Positions 63,402-64,000 of a stretch of 64,000 nt of DNA are shown here, piece after piece. The notes under the pieces are model-generated. The model saw nothing but the letters and a program-made list of their open reading frames with translations, was not told the DNA's origin and ran no database searches. Position 1 is the first letter of the stretch, and every line of letters begins with the position of its first letter. Position numbers and translations under genes: made by a program. The stretch is from NCBI GenBank assembly GCA_000320545.1, contig ADNK01002488.1, positions 1 through 64,000 on the forward strand. The letters are read 5' to 3'. This DNA comes from Bigelowiella natans CCMP2755. Taxonomy: Eukaryota > Protista > Cercozoa.

Positions 63402-63664
63402 CCCCTCGCTCCCACTCGGAGTTGACAATCACAGCATCAGCACCGCCGGTGTGACACGGGCAGCAACACACAACAATAATAGCACAGCATACAAGTCGCT
63501 AGTGGCCCACCTTGCTGTTCGCACAACGACTGGACATCGATCCCGCAGCACATCCCTGACCACCAGAGCCTCTTTGCTTCCTGCCACCACTCTGCCCAGC
63601 CGCTGAACGATAGTAGGAGTAACGTTAGTCATAACAGTGCGAAAAGCTCACAAGGTTGCATAGG

Positions 63665-63695
<31 letters not shown>

Positions 63696-64000
63696 TTAGT
63701 TGTAGTAATGGTATTGATAGGTGCTGCTGTTAGTCTATTTGTTGTTGTTGTTGTTGTTGTTATAGGGATGGTAGCAGCAAACCTTGAGGGGCAAGGGGGG
63801 GGGGTTCTAAGGTGGTTCCGCAGGTTTTTGGACTCGTTCTCCTTCCAAGTAAGATGCTGCACCAAGCTGCCCCCTCTCCACAAGAACACCTCTTGCAGAA
63901 TGCTGTCGGTGCTGCTGCTGCTATTGTTACTGTTGTAGTCGTTTTGTCGTTTGCGAGTACTGCCGCTGGCATTGCCAGTGTTGAATTGATGACCCCCCCT
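57127..64000 (-). CDS. Large multi-exon, probably alpha-helical hypothetical protein (5' end runs off the right edge)
   Basis: Exons such as DKMFARFETRQAALEVYKL, LLQNQYLYLEGF..EDLYRFVNANHLY, EILEAHIRRRIDEYDNATVLYR/ALDWENYEAASVIYEAQQRWPE/AIECRL, ARILPLVLRYW/ASRELPVEPLENCLLSIF, with canonical splice sites and microsatellite-filled introns. Confidence 0.55.

Overview
Gene-dense eukaryotic nuclear DNA with GT-AG spliceosomal introns, many of them stuffed with microsatellites, so most ORFs in the supplied track are artefacts. The organism is probably a rhizarian such as a chlorarachniophyte; this is an inference from a GG-S-MQIF ubiquitin junction and the general gene style. By hand-splicing I recover about 16 protein genes: a partial coiled-coil gene, RAE1, eIF2-alpha, a galectin + GT10 alpha-1,3-fucosyltransferase fusion, an AlkB-like 2OG-Fe(II) oxygenase, an acylated WW protein, a hypothetical protein, an RRM fused to a kinetoplastid-type PRMT7, a Cys-rich membrane protein, a low-complexity protein, an intronless UBL-RING-H2-UBL fusion, an ING PHD protein, PRP8, a GT34-like glycosyltransferase, a degenerate JmjC/cupin protein and a partial large helical protein. 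The most striking non-coding feature is a modular layout. Genes mostly form head-to-head pairs, and nearly every 3' end runs into a 0.3-0.9 kb spacer saturated with palindromic tetramers (CTAG/GCTAGC, CATG, TGCA, (CTAG)n). Where this layout predicts a + strand gene but no good ORF exists (about 4.6 kb and 18.5-19.2 kb), there are hairpin-rich segments that may be ncRNAs. All exon boundaries were inferred by eye and are approximate. No tRNA, rRNA, CRISPR array or autonomous transposon was found.
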